Origin: a virus | Length of the DNA: 23,530 nucleotides | UHGV virus genome: UHGV-0262101 | Strand: one strand, 5' to 3' | Shown here: positions 8,670 to 16,359 of the stretch, in pieces | Layout: each line of letters begins with the position of its first letter | Numbering within the stretch: position 1 is the stretch's first letter | Notes under the pieces: generated by a model | Told to the model about the DNA's origin: nothing | What the model saw: the letters and a program-made list of their open reading frames with translations, nothing else | Database searches by the model: none | Made by a program: the position numbers and the translations under genes

Positions 8670-9555
8670 TGGCAACCTCCAGTTTCGCTTTGCATTCTGC
8701 GTAAATGGCTTGTACGTTCTGCTGCAATTTCATTCCAGATGTCAGGCGATATGCTTCTGCAAAATATCGCTTCAAATCATCCATGTTTTCTGCCTGAGCC
8801 ATTTCATCACAAAGAAGTTGTGCTTTTTCCATAATTTCCTGCTGGCGTTTCCGTTCATCTTCGCGGATATCTTCCTCTGATTTGTGCGGCATAACTGGTT
8901 CCTGATGCATACCTTCATCTTCGTTAAGCAGGTGAATGGCATTATCCAGTCGCTGGGCTTTAGGCCAGTATTTGCTGGCGCGTTTAACTATTGTTTTACG
9001 CGCCATCTCTTCCCAGAATGTCTTCCACGGTCCATTCTTTGCCTTGCTCGTTGCTTCCACAGCTTTAATTTCTGCCAGACTCATTTCTTCAGTGAGGTAG
9101 TCACCATCTGCTGTTTTAACCGTACAATAACCACCAACAATAGAGCCTCGCTCACCAAATGCGTTGTATTTGTGGGTTGGTGCTGAATCAAGGCCGTTTG
9201 ATTCATAGGTGTCGTTTGAGTACACCAGTTTGCATTGCCCCCACTTAATTGATCCTGTCGACTGTGCAAGGTGAAGTAATCCCATATAGCTGATATCAAG
9301 GCAAACCATGCCGTCGCGCGGAACTAGATAAGCAAGTTTGCTGGCCGGGTTTAAGGTGATGCCGATCGCCGCAACATTGATGATGGCGTTCTGTGCGCTG
9401 GTTGGATTTGCCAGTGCCGTTTTAGCCAGGTAATCGTTTTTCTGGAAATACTGAATTGCAAACTGGCTTTCCTTAGCCCATGTCACCGTCTGTTCAGTCA
9501 ATGCTCCGCAGAATAACTGCTCCTGCTGTTTAACGAATTCAACGATATTGCTCAT
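8653..9555 (-). CDS. recT: RecT-family single-strand annealing recombinase
   Basis: 300 aa. NGPWKTFWEEMARKTIVKRASKYWP matches the conserved RecT motif (E. coli RecT NNGPWVTHWEEMAKKTAIRRLFKYLP). Confidence 0.85.
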   Translation of the reverse strand: MSNIVEFVKQQEQLFCGALTEQTVTWAKESQFAIQYFQKNDYLAKTALANPTSAQNAIINVAAIGITLNPASKLAYLVPRDGMVCLDISYMGLLHLAQSTGSIKWGQCKLVYSNDTYESNGLDSAPTHKYNAFGERGSIVGGYCTVKTADGDYLTEEMSLAEIKAVEATSKAKNGPWKTFWEEMARKTIVKRASKYWPKAQRLDNAIHLLNEDEGMHQEPVMPHKSEEDIREDERKRQQEIMEKAQLLCDEMAQAENMDDLKRYFAEAYRLTSGMKLQQNVQAIYAECKAKLEVASEQTV

Positions 9556-9860
9556 GCTGCTTCTCCAAAAATGTGTCTGCGCTTGAATATTGCGAAGGCA
9601 TATTCAGCCTTAACTCTTTCGGTTATTGCATCCCAGAACCATTCAGCGGCTTTTTCCTGATAGTTACAGTCATCATCTTCCAGCCAGTCGATAGCGTCCT
9701 TAGTGTGTTCATCTGGTTTATATGAGCGAAGCATTTCGCTTATTGGGTCGCAACGTTTGCAGAGGCGATCAACTTCACTGTTGATTCGTTCGTAATCATC
9801 ATCGGTAAAACTTGCGATGATTTGCGATATTTCACGCTTATCATTCAGAGTCAGAATCAT
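9552..9860 (-). CDS. Hypothetical acidic protein (about 102 aa)
   Basis: Track ORF 9552..9863, with AGGAGA upstream. Stop overlaps the recT ATG (ATGA). No homology recognised. Confidence 0.6.
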   Translation of the reverse strand: MILTLNDKREISQIIASFTDDDYERINSEVDRLCKRCDPISEMLRSYKPDEHTKDAIDWLEDDDCNYQEKAAEWFWDAITERVKAEYAFAIFKRRHIFGEAA

Positions 9861-9948
9861 CATCTTTCTCCTGTTCTTTGTGCTGATTGAGCATTTTGTT
9901 CATCTGACGAATGAATTCTTCGTCTGACCAGTTATCTGTAAAACTCAT
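9841..9948 (-). CDS. Possible very small acidic protein (35 aa)
   Basis: Manual translation MSFTDNWSDEEFIRQMNKMLNQHKEQEKDDDSDSE. ATG overlaps the stop of the cIII-like ORF (ATGA). Too short to judge. Confidence 0.3.
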   Translation of the reverse strand: MSFTDNWSDEEFIRQMNKMLNQHKEQEKDDDSDSE

Positions 9949-10115
9949 GGACGGACTTGTTGTTTCAAAATATCCCAAAGCTTTTCGAGCAAACTTTTCA
10001 TTCTTGGTTGTTTAAAGTCTGCTCCGGTTAAAATATTTTTTCGTGAATGCTGTACCGATAAAATCGGGTTGAAAGGGCGAACCGATGCCGCCCCTGCAAT
10101 AGCGAACTGTTGCAT
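9945..10115 (-). CDS. Possible CIII-like small regulator (56 aa)
   Basis: Internal ATG of track ORF 9945..10220 with AAGGAG 6 nt upstream. MQQFAIAG... and the KSLLEKLWDILKQ helix loosely resemble lambda CIII (MQYAIAG...RLIDILNQ). Position between N and the recombination genes matches cIII. Confidence 0.4.
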   Translation of the reverse strand: MQQFAIAGAASVRPFNPILSVQHSRKNILTGADFKQPRMKSLLEKLWDILKQQVRP

Positions 10116-10309
10116 AGGATGCTCCTTCTGTTTGATTGCATAACGAAAACGCCTCGAGTGAAGCGTTATTGGTATGCATATAAAAAGGCCCTCACACTGG
10201 AGGGCAAAGAAGATTTCCAATAATCAGAACAAGTCGGCTCCTGTTTAGTTACGAGCGACATTGCTCCGTGTATTCACTCGTTGGAATGAATACACAGTGC
10301 TTACTCGTA

Positions 10310-10780
10310 CTAATAAAATACCCAATTTTCTGTTTCTTGGTTGTGCCCAAAGTTATATTCAATATCTGGTGTTGATGTATCAATATTCTTCATCCCATCA
10401 ACAAGAGTTGATACAACAGCCAAATCTTGTTTGATTCTCATTAAATGGTATTTCTTCCGGCGCAATAAACTCTCAATGGCAAGTTTCTTCGTTGGGAATG
10501 CAAAAGATCTTTCTGCATTTTTTGCTACTTTCTTAATTGCATATCTATTTCTCCTTTGTTTCCATTCCTGTAACCACTGATTTGGTGCTGGTTTAAAATT
10601 AACAATCCAATGCGCAGGAACCAACCATGCATAATGCTCTGTCTGATGAAAAGCTATATATTGAAGTGCGAATATTTTTATCCCATCTTCTTCAACTGTC
10701 GCTTGGAATCTCCAGAAAACAGGCATTCCATCATGTTCAGTTTCTGATTCAGGAAAAGGTACGCTCCATGATTTTGTCAT
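10310..10780 (-). CDS. Hypothetical protein (156 aa), second gene of the N-proximal moron
   Basis: Track ORF, ATG with GAGGTGA 4 nt upstream. AT-rich, no recognisable domain, no TM segment. Confidence 0.7.
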   Translation of the reverse strand: MTKSWSVPFPESETEHDGMPVFWRFQATVEEDGIKIFALQYIAFHQTEHYAWLVPAHWIVNFKPAPNQWLQEWKQRRNRYAIKKVAKNAERSFAFPTKKLAIESLLRRKKYHLMRIKQDLAVVSTLVDGMKNIDTSTPDIEYNFGHNQETENWVFY

Positions 10781-10828
10781 ATCTCACCTCAAATAATTCA
10801 GTGCAGTGTTTATTCTGTTGTTAGTGCC

Positions 10829-10853
10829 AAAAATAAAGGCCGACTATGCGGCC
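10829..10853 (-). terminator. Intrinsic terminator between the two moron genes (minus-strand sense)
   Basis: Minus-strand ggccgcatagtcggcc (5-bp GC stem) followed by tttattttt. The hairpin overlaps the stop codon of the 207-aa gene. Confidence 0.5.
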
Positions 10854-11467
10854 TCGGAAGGAAGTCCAATCATCTTATTCAAATCTTCTACCCGTAAAGC
10901 AGGAAGTGCTGTACTTGCTTTATCTGCTTCTTTTGGTAGCAATTCTTTGCTTTCAGGCCAAACTTCAATAAGTCGCTTAACTGTTGTGACTGAGTTCAAA
11001 GCACCCCATACATTTGATTCGATATCCTTTTTCAAGGCTTCAAGGTTTTGTTGCAATGCGCAGATTTCATCAAACCTTTTTGTTATTTCGTGTTCTGCGT
11101 CAAACATGCACTTATCTTTGGTTGGAGTAGGGAGAAATATATCTTCGCCATTGCCGTCTTTCCCATATGAATGCCATCCAACCCTTCTGCCAGATACAGT
11201 CAGATAAATTGAAGTAGAACGAAAATCGTATGAGTAAAATGAACATCCCATCTTTTCAAGTTCTTCACTTATAGCTACCAACTTGGATGATAACTGATCC
11301 ACTTCCTCAGTTTTCTTTTTACCGCCAAACGCAATAACTCTGGCGTCAAGTGCAAGCTGGTTCTTTAACTTTGTTACTTCTTCAAGTTCAGTGAAAACCC
11401 CAGACTTAATTAAAGCGTTACGAGCGATTTCCTCTTTCATTCTCGTAGTTAAGCGGATTGATGACAT
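10844..11467 (-). CDS. Hypothetical protein (207 aa), first gene of the N-proximal moron, translationally coupled to N
   Basis: Track ORF 10844..11527 trimmed to ATG 11465-11467 (MSSIRLTTRMKEE...). Its RBS GAGAGGA overlaps the N stop codon. AT-rich, no recognisable domain. Confidence 0.7.
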   Translation of the reverse strand: MSSIRLTTRMKEEIARNALIKSGVFTELEEVTKLKNQLALDARVIAFGGKKKTEEVDQLSSKLVAISEELEKMGCSFYSYDFRSTSIYLTVSGRRVGWHSYGKDGNGEDIFLPTPTKDKCMFDAEHEITKRFDEICALQQNLEALKKDIESNVWGALNSVTTVKRLIEVWPESKELLPKEADKASTALPALRVEDLNKMIGLPSEAA

Positions 11468-11478
11468 ATTAATTCCTC

Positions 11479-11805
11479 TCAAATAAGTGGTTTGCTGCCT
11501 AATTTCATTTTCTGGCGACCAACACAAGTCACACCCATTTCACTGCGTGGCTTGCTGTACCATGTGCGCTGATTCTTGCGCTCAATACGTTGCAGGTTGC
11601 TTTCAATCTGTTCGTGGTATTCAGCCAGCACCGTAAGGTCTATCGGATTCAGTGCGCTTTCTACTCGTGATTTCGGTTTGCGATTCAGCGAGAGAATAGG
11701 GCGGTTAACTGGTTTTGCGCTTACCCCAACCAACAGGGGATTTGCTGCTTTCCATTGAGCCTGTTTCTCTGCGCGACGTTCGCGGCGGCGTGTTTGTGCA
11801 TCCAT
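11479..11805 (-). CDS. N: Antitermination protein N (lambda type)
   Basis: Internal ATG of track ORF (AGGAGA upstream). MDAQTRRRERRAEKQAQWKAANPLLVGVSAKPVNRPILSLNRKPKSRVESALNPIDLTVLAEYH... is near-identical to lambda N as recalled, including the arginine-rich boxB-binding motif. Confidence 0.9.
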   Translation of the reverse strand: MDAQTRRRERRAEKQAQWKAANPLLVGVSAKPVNRPILSLNRKPKSRVESALNPIDLTVLAEYHEQIESNLQRIERKNQRTWYSKPRSEMGVTCVGRQKMKLGSKPLI

Positions 11806-11977
11806 CTGGATTCTCCTGTCAGTTAGCTTTGGTGGTGTGGTAGGTGGGAGACCCATTTCGACCTGCTTCGGCCGACTTCAATTCGGCAATAGTTCCGCAG
11901 GCCTCGCCGCTTTACGTGCGACATATTCCCATCCATGAACCCTTCACCACACCCCAAAGCCTTCTGCTTTGAATGCT

Positions 11978-12008
11978 GCCCTTCTTCAGGGCTTAATTTT
12001 TAAGAGCG
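11978..12008 (-). promoter_or_regulatory. nutL (boxA CGCTCTTA plus boxB hairpin GCCCTGAAGAAGGGC)
   Basis: Reverse complement of 11978-12008 reads cgctcttaaaaattaagccctgaagaagggc, matching lambda nutL as recalled. Confidence 0.85.
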
Positions 12009-12052
12009 TCACCTTCATGGTGGTCAGTGCGTCCTGCTGATGGCTTAAAATA

Positions 12053-12132
12053 TACCTACAGGTAAAACCCATGTCTATACCTGTAGGTAAATAAAATTGA
12101 TGTGAGAGTTTACCTGCTTGAATTTTCAGGTA
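12053..12132. promoter_or_regulatory. oL operator cluster with the pL promoter region
   Basis: Palindromic 12-mers tacctacaggta (12053-12064) and tacctgtaggta (12078-12089), plus split half-sites tacct (12111-12115) and aggta (12128-12132). Same motif as at oR. Confidence 0.6.
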
Positions 12133-12150
12133 ATTAATTTTTTGGATTGA

Positions 12151-12174
12151 TATAAAAAAGCCCGCTTTGCGGGC
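12151..12174 (-). terminator. Intrinsic terminator ending the cI-distal transcript
   Basis: Perfect hairpin gcccgc-ttt-gcgggc (12160-12174). The minus-strand reading is followed by ttttttata. Confidence 0.65.
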
Positions 12175-12186
12175 TGAAAGGAGATG

Positions 12187-12483
12187 TCAGAAGCTATTTG
12201 GATTGCTTGGCCATTGCGGCAATTTTGATTCTACTGGGGTGTGTTTGGGTTTGAGTCCGTTTAAGTAGTCAAGGCGCTCAATGGCGCATTTATACATAGC
12301 AATCTGCTCTGATGACATGTCGTCGTATGACATGCCTTTGAACTTTTTAATTATCGATTCTGCCTCATGTATAAGATTCTTCTTCCTCATGAGTTCAGCT
12401 GTATGCTTAGAGCTTACAGGAGATAACTTTGCCCATATGAAGCAGATGATTACAACAGCGACTACTATGCCGGGTATAAACAT
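12187..12483 (-). CDS. Small single-pass membrane protein co-transcribed with cI (rexAB position)
   Basis: Track ORF 12187..12501 starts with TTG overlapping the cI stop (TTGA); the first ATG is at 12481-12483. MFIPGIVVAVVIICFIWAKL is a predicted TM helix followed by a charged soluble tail. No homology recognised. Confidence 0.6.
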   Translation of the reverse strand: MFIPGIVVAVVIICFIWAKLSPVSSKHTAELMRKKNLIHEAESIIKKFKGMSYDDMSSEQIAMYKCAIERLDYLNGLKPKHTPVESKLPQWPSNPNSF

Positions 12484-12497
12484 TTGCTGCTTTATCC

Positions 12498-13184
12498 TCA
12501 AACTTTTGGCAGATCGTCCTGGTCTACGTACCTGGTGTGTTTCACAATAGCTGAAACAAAATGCATTTTATCAACTTCTTCAACAGGAAGAGTGATTGGG
12601 CGGTGATCACTGTTTATGCTACTAAACTGATAATCACCGTCTCTTGTTTTGTTCATGATCTTTATCATGTTGTGACCGTCTTTGGTCCTTACAAAGACTT
12701 CATCACCTGGATGTACTGGCGTATTTGGTTCAATAACAACATATTCTCCTGACTGAATCCTTGGCCACATGCTGTCACCCTTAACCTTCAGACCGTAAGC
12801 ATCTTTATCGCCGCTGTAGATGCTTAACCAACCGGATCTGAATTCAATCATATCCACTGAGCCATCAACTCCCAAAACGGCTTCACCAATTACCGGAACA
12901 AAACCCGCACGAACGTTACCCGCAAACTCAAGATGGTCCGTAGCTCCAGCTTTACCATCTGCAAGCATGTCCATCCATCCGCGTGGGAGATTAAAAGATT
13001 TTTCAATTAGTTCCATCATATCGTCAGCAATGCGTTTTTTTCCGCTTTTTCCTTCCGGATACAGCATTCTGGAAACGTATGATGGTTCCCTTTCTATTCG
13101 ACGAGCCAACTCTGAGGCCTTTCCATTACAGAATCGGTCTCTTATCTCTATCAGCCTTAGTCGTCTTTGTTCGTATTTATCCAT
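12498..13184 (-). CDS. cI: CI-type prophage repressor (HTH N-domain plus LexA-like S24 autopeptidase C-domain)
   Basis: 228 aa. C-terminal GDSMWPRIQSGEYVVIE...MIKIMNK carries the Ser/Lys autocleavage motifs. Divergent from cro across the operator region. Not lambda cI. Confidence 0.85.
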   Translation of the reverse strand: MDKYEQRRLRLIEIRDRFCNGKASELARRIEREPSYVSRMLYPEGKSGKKRIADDMMELIEKSFNLPRGWMDMLADGKAGATDHLEFAGNVRAGFVPVIGEAVLGVDGSVDMIEFRSGWLSIYSGDKDAYGLKVKGDSMWPRIQSGEYVVIEPNTPVHPGDEVFVRTKDGHNMIKIMNKTRDGDYQFSSINSDHRPITLPVEEVDKMHFVSAIVKHTRYVDQDDLPKV

Positions 13185-13204
13185 GATTTAATTCTATCTT
13201 TGAT

Positions 13205-13260
13205 TACCTGCCGGTAAATAACCTATGGGTATTGATTTGCTTTTTACCTACAGGTAAACT
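13205..13260. promoter_or_regulatory. oR operator cluster with pR/pRM region
   Basis: tacctgccggta (13205-13216), degenerate aacctatgggta (13221-13232) and tacctacaggta (13245-13256). Candidate pR is -35 TTGATT (13232-13237), 17-nt spacer, -10 TAAACT (13255-13260), overlapped by the third site. Confidence 0.6.
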
Positions 13261-13292
13261 CATCTTATTCAACAACGGGAAGGAGATAGCAA

Positions 13293-13523
13293 ATGGAAGA
13301 ACTCCGCTTGTATCTGAACTCCCTTTCACTGGAAGAGCAGAGAGAATTTGCCACCAAGTGCGGAACTTCTATCGGCTATTTGAGGAAAGCACTTAGCCGT
13401 AATCATGAATTGGGCGCAGCACTTTGTGTTCTGATTGAGAAGTTCAGCAATGGTGAAGTGACTCGCAAAGACCTTCATCCGGTTGATTGGGAAAGCATCT
13501 GGCCTGAATTAATGGCCGCTTAA
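13293..13523 (+). CDS. cro: Cro-like HTH regulator
   Basis: 76 aa, first gene rightward of oR, GGGAAGGAG RBS. Assigned by position and size. Not lambda Cro. Confidence 0.65.
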   Translation: MEELRLYLNSLSLEEQREFATKCGTSIGYLRKALSRNHELGAALCVLIEKFSNGEVTRKDLHPVDWESIWPELMAA

Positions 13524-13531
13524 GTTATTAA

Positions 13532-13563
13532 CGCTCTTACACATCCCCGCCCTGAAAAAGGGC
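13532..13563 (+). promoter_or_regulatory. nutR (boxA CGCTCTTA plus boxB GCCCTGAAAAAGGGC)
   Basis: cgctctta at 13532-13539 and gccctgaaaaagggc at 13549-13563, matching lambda nutR as recalled. Confidence 0.85.
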
Positions 13564-13639
13564 ATTACCAGAAACAAATCTCTATGGTTTTGCGTTTCTT
13601 TGCGAAGCCAACTCTATCTAATCATTAAGGAAATTATCT

Positions 13640-13921
13640 ATGGGTACTATTGCAACTAAAAGCAAGAAAGCGGCTCGCATCGAGTCAGCCTTGCTGAACA
13701 AACTGGCACTGATGGGGCAGAAGACATTCGCTCGAGCAATGGGGGTTCCTGAATATCAGGTAAGCCGATGGAAGAATGGTTTCTTCTCGCAGGTAAGCAT
13801 GATGCTGGCTGTTCTGGAATACGGAATCGAAGACGATGAAATGGCTGAGCTGACTAAGCGGCTTGCCAATTACCTGACAAAAGAAAAAGCCCCGAAGAAC
13901 GGCGAATTCTTCGAGGCCTGA
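13640..13921 (+). CDS. cII: CII-like transcriptional activator
   Basis: 93 aa. ARIESALLNKLALMGQKTFARAMGV...SRWKNG...SMMLAVLEYGIEDDEMAEL aligns by eye with lambda CII (LRIESALLNKIAMLGTEKTAEAVGVDKSQISRWK...). Confidence 0.75.
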   Translation: MGTIATKSKKAARIESALLNKLALMGQKTFARAMGVPEYQVSRWKNGFFSQVSMMLAVLEYGIEDDEMAELTKRLANYLTKEKAPKNGEFFEA

Positions 13922-13955
13922 TGTAGAAAGACTGGATCAATCCACAGGAGTAATT

Positions 13956-14117
13956 ATGACAAAACGTCGTAAGAAATACCAGGAAAAAGAAGAGATTCGA
14001 CACCCTGATTCACCTGAGGGATTAGTGGTAGCCGCAGCAAATAACAGGGCGTTCGCAGAGCGCCTTGTTGGTGTTTACAGACTAGCCAAAGCAGGAGTGA
14101 AACATGGGCGTCGTTAA
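13956..14117 (+). CDS. Possible small basic protein (53 aa), not in the ORF track
   Basis: Manual translation [60 protein letters not shown] 5 nt upstream. Overlaps the O start by 14 nt. Confidence 0.35.
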   Translation: MTKRRKKYQEKEEIRHPDSPEGLVVAAANNRAFAERLVGVYRLAKAGVKHGRR

Positions 14118-14925
14118 GTTAGCTGATTACAGGCCTCAACTGGAGGTCGTGGAGCATCGCGTGGCAGATACCGAAGATGGTTTCATGCGCGTTGCTAACG
14201 AGATTACTGACAGTCTGCTGATGGCTGATTTAACCGTCCGGCAGTTGAAGGTGATGCTCGCTATCATGCGCAAGACATACGGATTCAATAAGCCGATGGA
14301 TCGACTCACAAACACGCAGATAGCAGCCATGACAGGTATTCATCACACTCATGTTTGCGCTGCCAAGCGCCAGCTTATCGAGCGTAAATTCCTCATTGCT
14401 GATGGCGTGAAAATCGGAGTGAACAAGGTGGTTTCTCAGTGGATTAGCCAGGACAGCTTAACATTAGCTAAAACAGCTAATAAAACATTAGCCAAGTCGG
14501 CTAATGGGTATAAGCCAAGTCAGCTAAACACAAAAGACAATATACAAAAGACAATAAATACAAATACCCCCTTACCCCCTAACGGGGGTGGCGATGGGCA
14601 GGTTAAACCTGAACGTCGCAAGGCAGAACGAATCGACTACGAATCCTTCCTGAACGCCTACAACACCGAAGTCGGTGACAGACTGCCACACGCTGTTGCG
14701 GTCAACGAGAAACGCAAACGCCGCCTGAAGAAAATCATCCCGCAACTGAAAACGCCAAACGTGGACGGTTTCAGAGCGTATGTCAGGGCGTTTGTGCATC
14801 AGGCCAAGCCGTTTTACTTCGGAGACAACGACACGGGCTGGACAGCTGATTTTGATTACCTGCTGAGGGAAGATTCGTTAACGGGAGTACGGGAAGGGAA
14901 GTTTGCAGACAGGGGGATTGCATGA
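14104..14925 (+). CDS. O: Replication initiator, lambda-O-like
   Basis: 273 aa. N-terminal [22 protein letters not shown] matches the replication protein O N-terminal domain. The iteron origin lies inside the gene. Stop overlaps the helicase ATG (ATGA). Confidence 0.8.
   Translation: MGVVKLADYRPQLEVVEHRVADTEDGFMRVANEITDSLLMADLTVRQLKVMLAIMRKTYGFNKPMDRLTNTQIAAMTGIHHTHVCAAKRQLIERKFLIADGVKIGVNKVVSQWISQDSLTLAKTANKTLAKSANGYKPSQLNTKDNIQKTINTNTPLPPNGGGDGQVKPERRKAERIDYESFLNAYNTEVGDRLPHAVAVNEKRKRRLKKIIPQLKTPNVDGFRAYVRAFVHQAKPFYFGDNDTGWTADFDYLLREDSLTGVREGKFADRGIA
14444..14570. repeat. Replication origin: four iterons TTAGC-N7-GCTAA followed by an AT-rich tract, inside the O-like gene
   Basis: Iterons at 14444-14461 (ttagccaggacagcttaa), 14464-14480, 14488-14504 and 14511-14527, spaced 20-24 bp. 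The tract 14528-14570 is AT-rich. Confidence 0.7.
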
Positions 14926-16298
14926 AACAGGATATCGAAGCGAGCGTTATCGGTGGCCTGCTGATTGGTGGATTAACACCAACTGCCAGTGACGTTCTGG
15001 CAACGCTTGAGCCGGAAGCGTTTTCAATTCCGCTCTACCGGAAAGCCTTCGAGGTTATCCGCAAGCAGGCGCGAAACAGAAATTTAATCGACGCGCTGAT
15101 GGTTGCCGAGGCGTGCGGAGAGGAGCATTTCACGTCAATCCTGATGACCAGCAAAAACTGCCCGAGTTCCGCAAACCTGAAGGGATATGCCGGAATGGTC
15201 GCGGATAACTATCACCGCCGTCTGGTGCTGGAAATCATGGATGAAATGCGTGAACCAATTCAGAGCGGAACCATCGACGCATCGAGTCAGGCGATGGATG
15301 AACTTGTAAAGCGTCTTTCAGCCATCAGAAAGCCCCGTGACGAGGTTAAACCTGTACGGTTAGGGGAAATCATAACTGACTACACTGACATGCTTGACAG
15401 GCGTCTGAGGAACGGAGAAGAGTCAGATACCCTGAAGACCGGAATCGAAGAACTTGATGCTATCACCGGAGGGATGAACGCGGAAGACCTGGTGATAATA
15501 GCTGCTCGTCCTGGTATGGGGAAAACCGAACTGGCGCTGAAGATTGCCGAAGGCGTTGCAAGCCGTGTTATTCCTGGTTCTGACGTCCGGCGCGGAGTGT
15601 TGATTTTCTCGATGGAAATGAGCGCATTGCAGATTGCAGAGCGAAGCATTGCCAACGCCGGGAGGATGTCGGTTAGCGTGCTACGAAATCCTGCATCGAT
15701 GGATGACGAAGGCTGGGCGCGCGTTGCTAACGGCATGAATCAGCTTGCGGATTTGGATGTATGGGTAGTCGATGCATCGCGGTTATCGGTCGAAGAAATA
15801 CGCTCAATCGCAGAACGGCACAAACAGGAAAATCCAAACCTGTCACTCATCATGGCGGATTATCTTGGCCTGATTGAGAAGCCGAAAGCAGACCGCAACG
15901 ACCTCGCAATTGCTCACATCTCAGGAAGCCTTAAGGCGATGGCGAAAGACCTGAAAACGCCTGTTATCTCCCTAAGTCAGCTTTCGCGCGATGTTGAGAA
16001 GCGACCAAACAAACGCCCGACAAACGCAGATTTGCGTGATTCAGGAAGCATTGAACAGGACGCAGACTCAATCATCATGCTCTATAGGGAAGCGGTATAT
16101 GACGAGAACAGTAGCGCCGCGCCATTTGCTGAAATCATCGTGACGAAAAACCGTTTTGGCTCGCTTGGTACGGTTTACCAGCGGTTCTGCAACGGACACT
16201 TTGTTGCATGTGACCAGGATGAAGCCAGACAGATTTGCACAGCATCAAATGCACCCGCTGCACGTGGCAGGCGATATGCACAAGGGGCTGACGTATGA
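14922..16298 (+). CDS. Replicative DNA helicase, DnaB family (P22 gp12-like)
   Basis: 458 aa with Walker [10 protein letters not shown] and other DnaB C-domain motifs. The stop codon TGA is supplied by the first 3 nt of the IS600-like element. Confidence 0.9.
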   Translation: MKQDIEASVIGGLLIGGLTPTASDVLATLEPEAFSIPLYRKAFEVIRKQARNRNLIDALMVAEACGEEHFTSILMTSKNCPSSANLKGYAGMVADNYHRRLVLEIMDEMREPIQSGTIDASSQAMDELVKRLSAIRKPRDEVKPVRLGEIITDYTDMLDRRLRNGEESDTLKTGIEELDAITGGMNAEDLVIIAARPGMGKTELALKIAEGVASRVIPGSDVRRGVLIFSMEMSALQIAERSIANAGRMSVSVLRNPASMDDEGWARVANGMNQLADLDVWVVDASRLSVEEIRSIAERHKQENPNLSLIMADYLGLIEKPKADRNDLAIAHISGSLKAMAKDLKTPVISLSQLSRDVEKRPNKRPTNADLRDSGSIEQDADSIIMLYREAVYDENSSAAPFAEIIVTKNRFGSLGTVYQRFCNGHFVACDQDEARQICTASNAPAARGRRYAQGADV

Positions 16299-16359
16299 GG
16301 TAGCCTGAGTTTAACGGACACTCCTTCCTGAAATAGAATGGCATCAGAAGGAGCTAATA

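Noticed and set aside
9945-10220. Full 91-aa track ORF (MEIFFALQCEGLF...)
   Set aside because: The N-terminal 35 residues have no RBS. An internal ATG at 10115 with AAGGAG gives a 56-aa product of cIII-like size, so only the shorter form is kept.
15380-15736. 118-aa minus-strand ORF inside the helicase gene
   Set aside because: Entirely antisense to a well-supported DnaB-family gene; low-complexity Ser/Ala/Pro-rich product.
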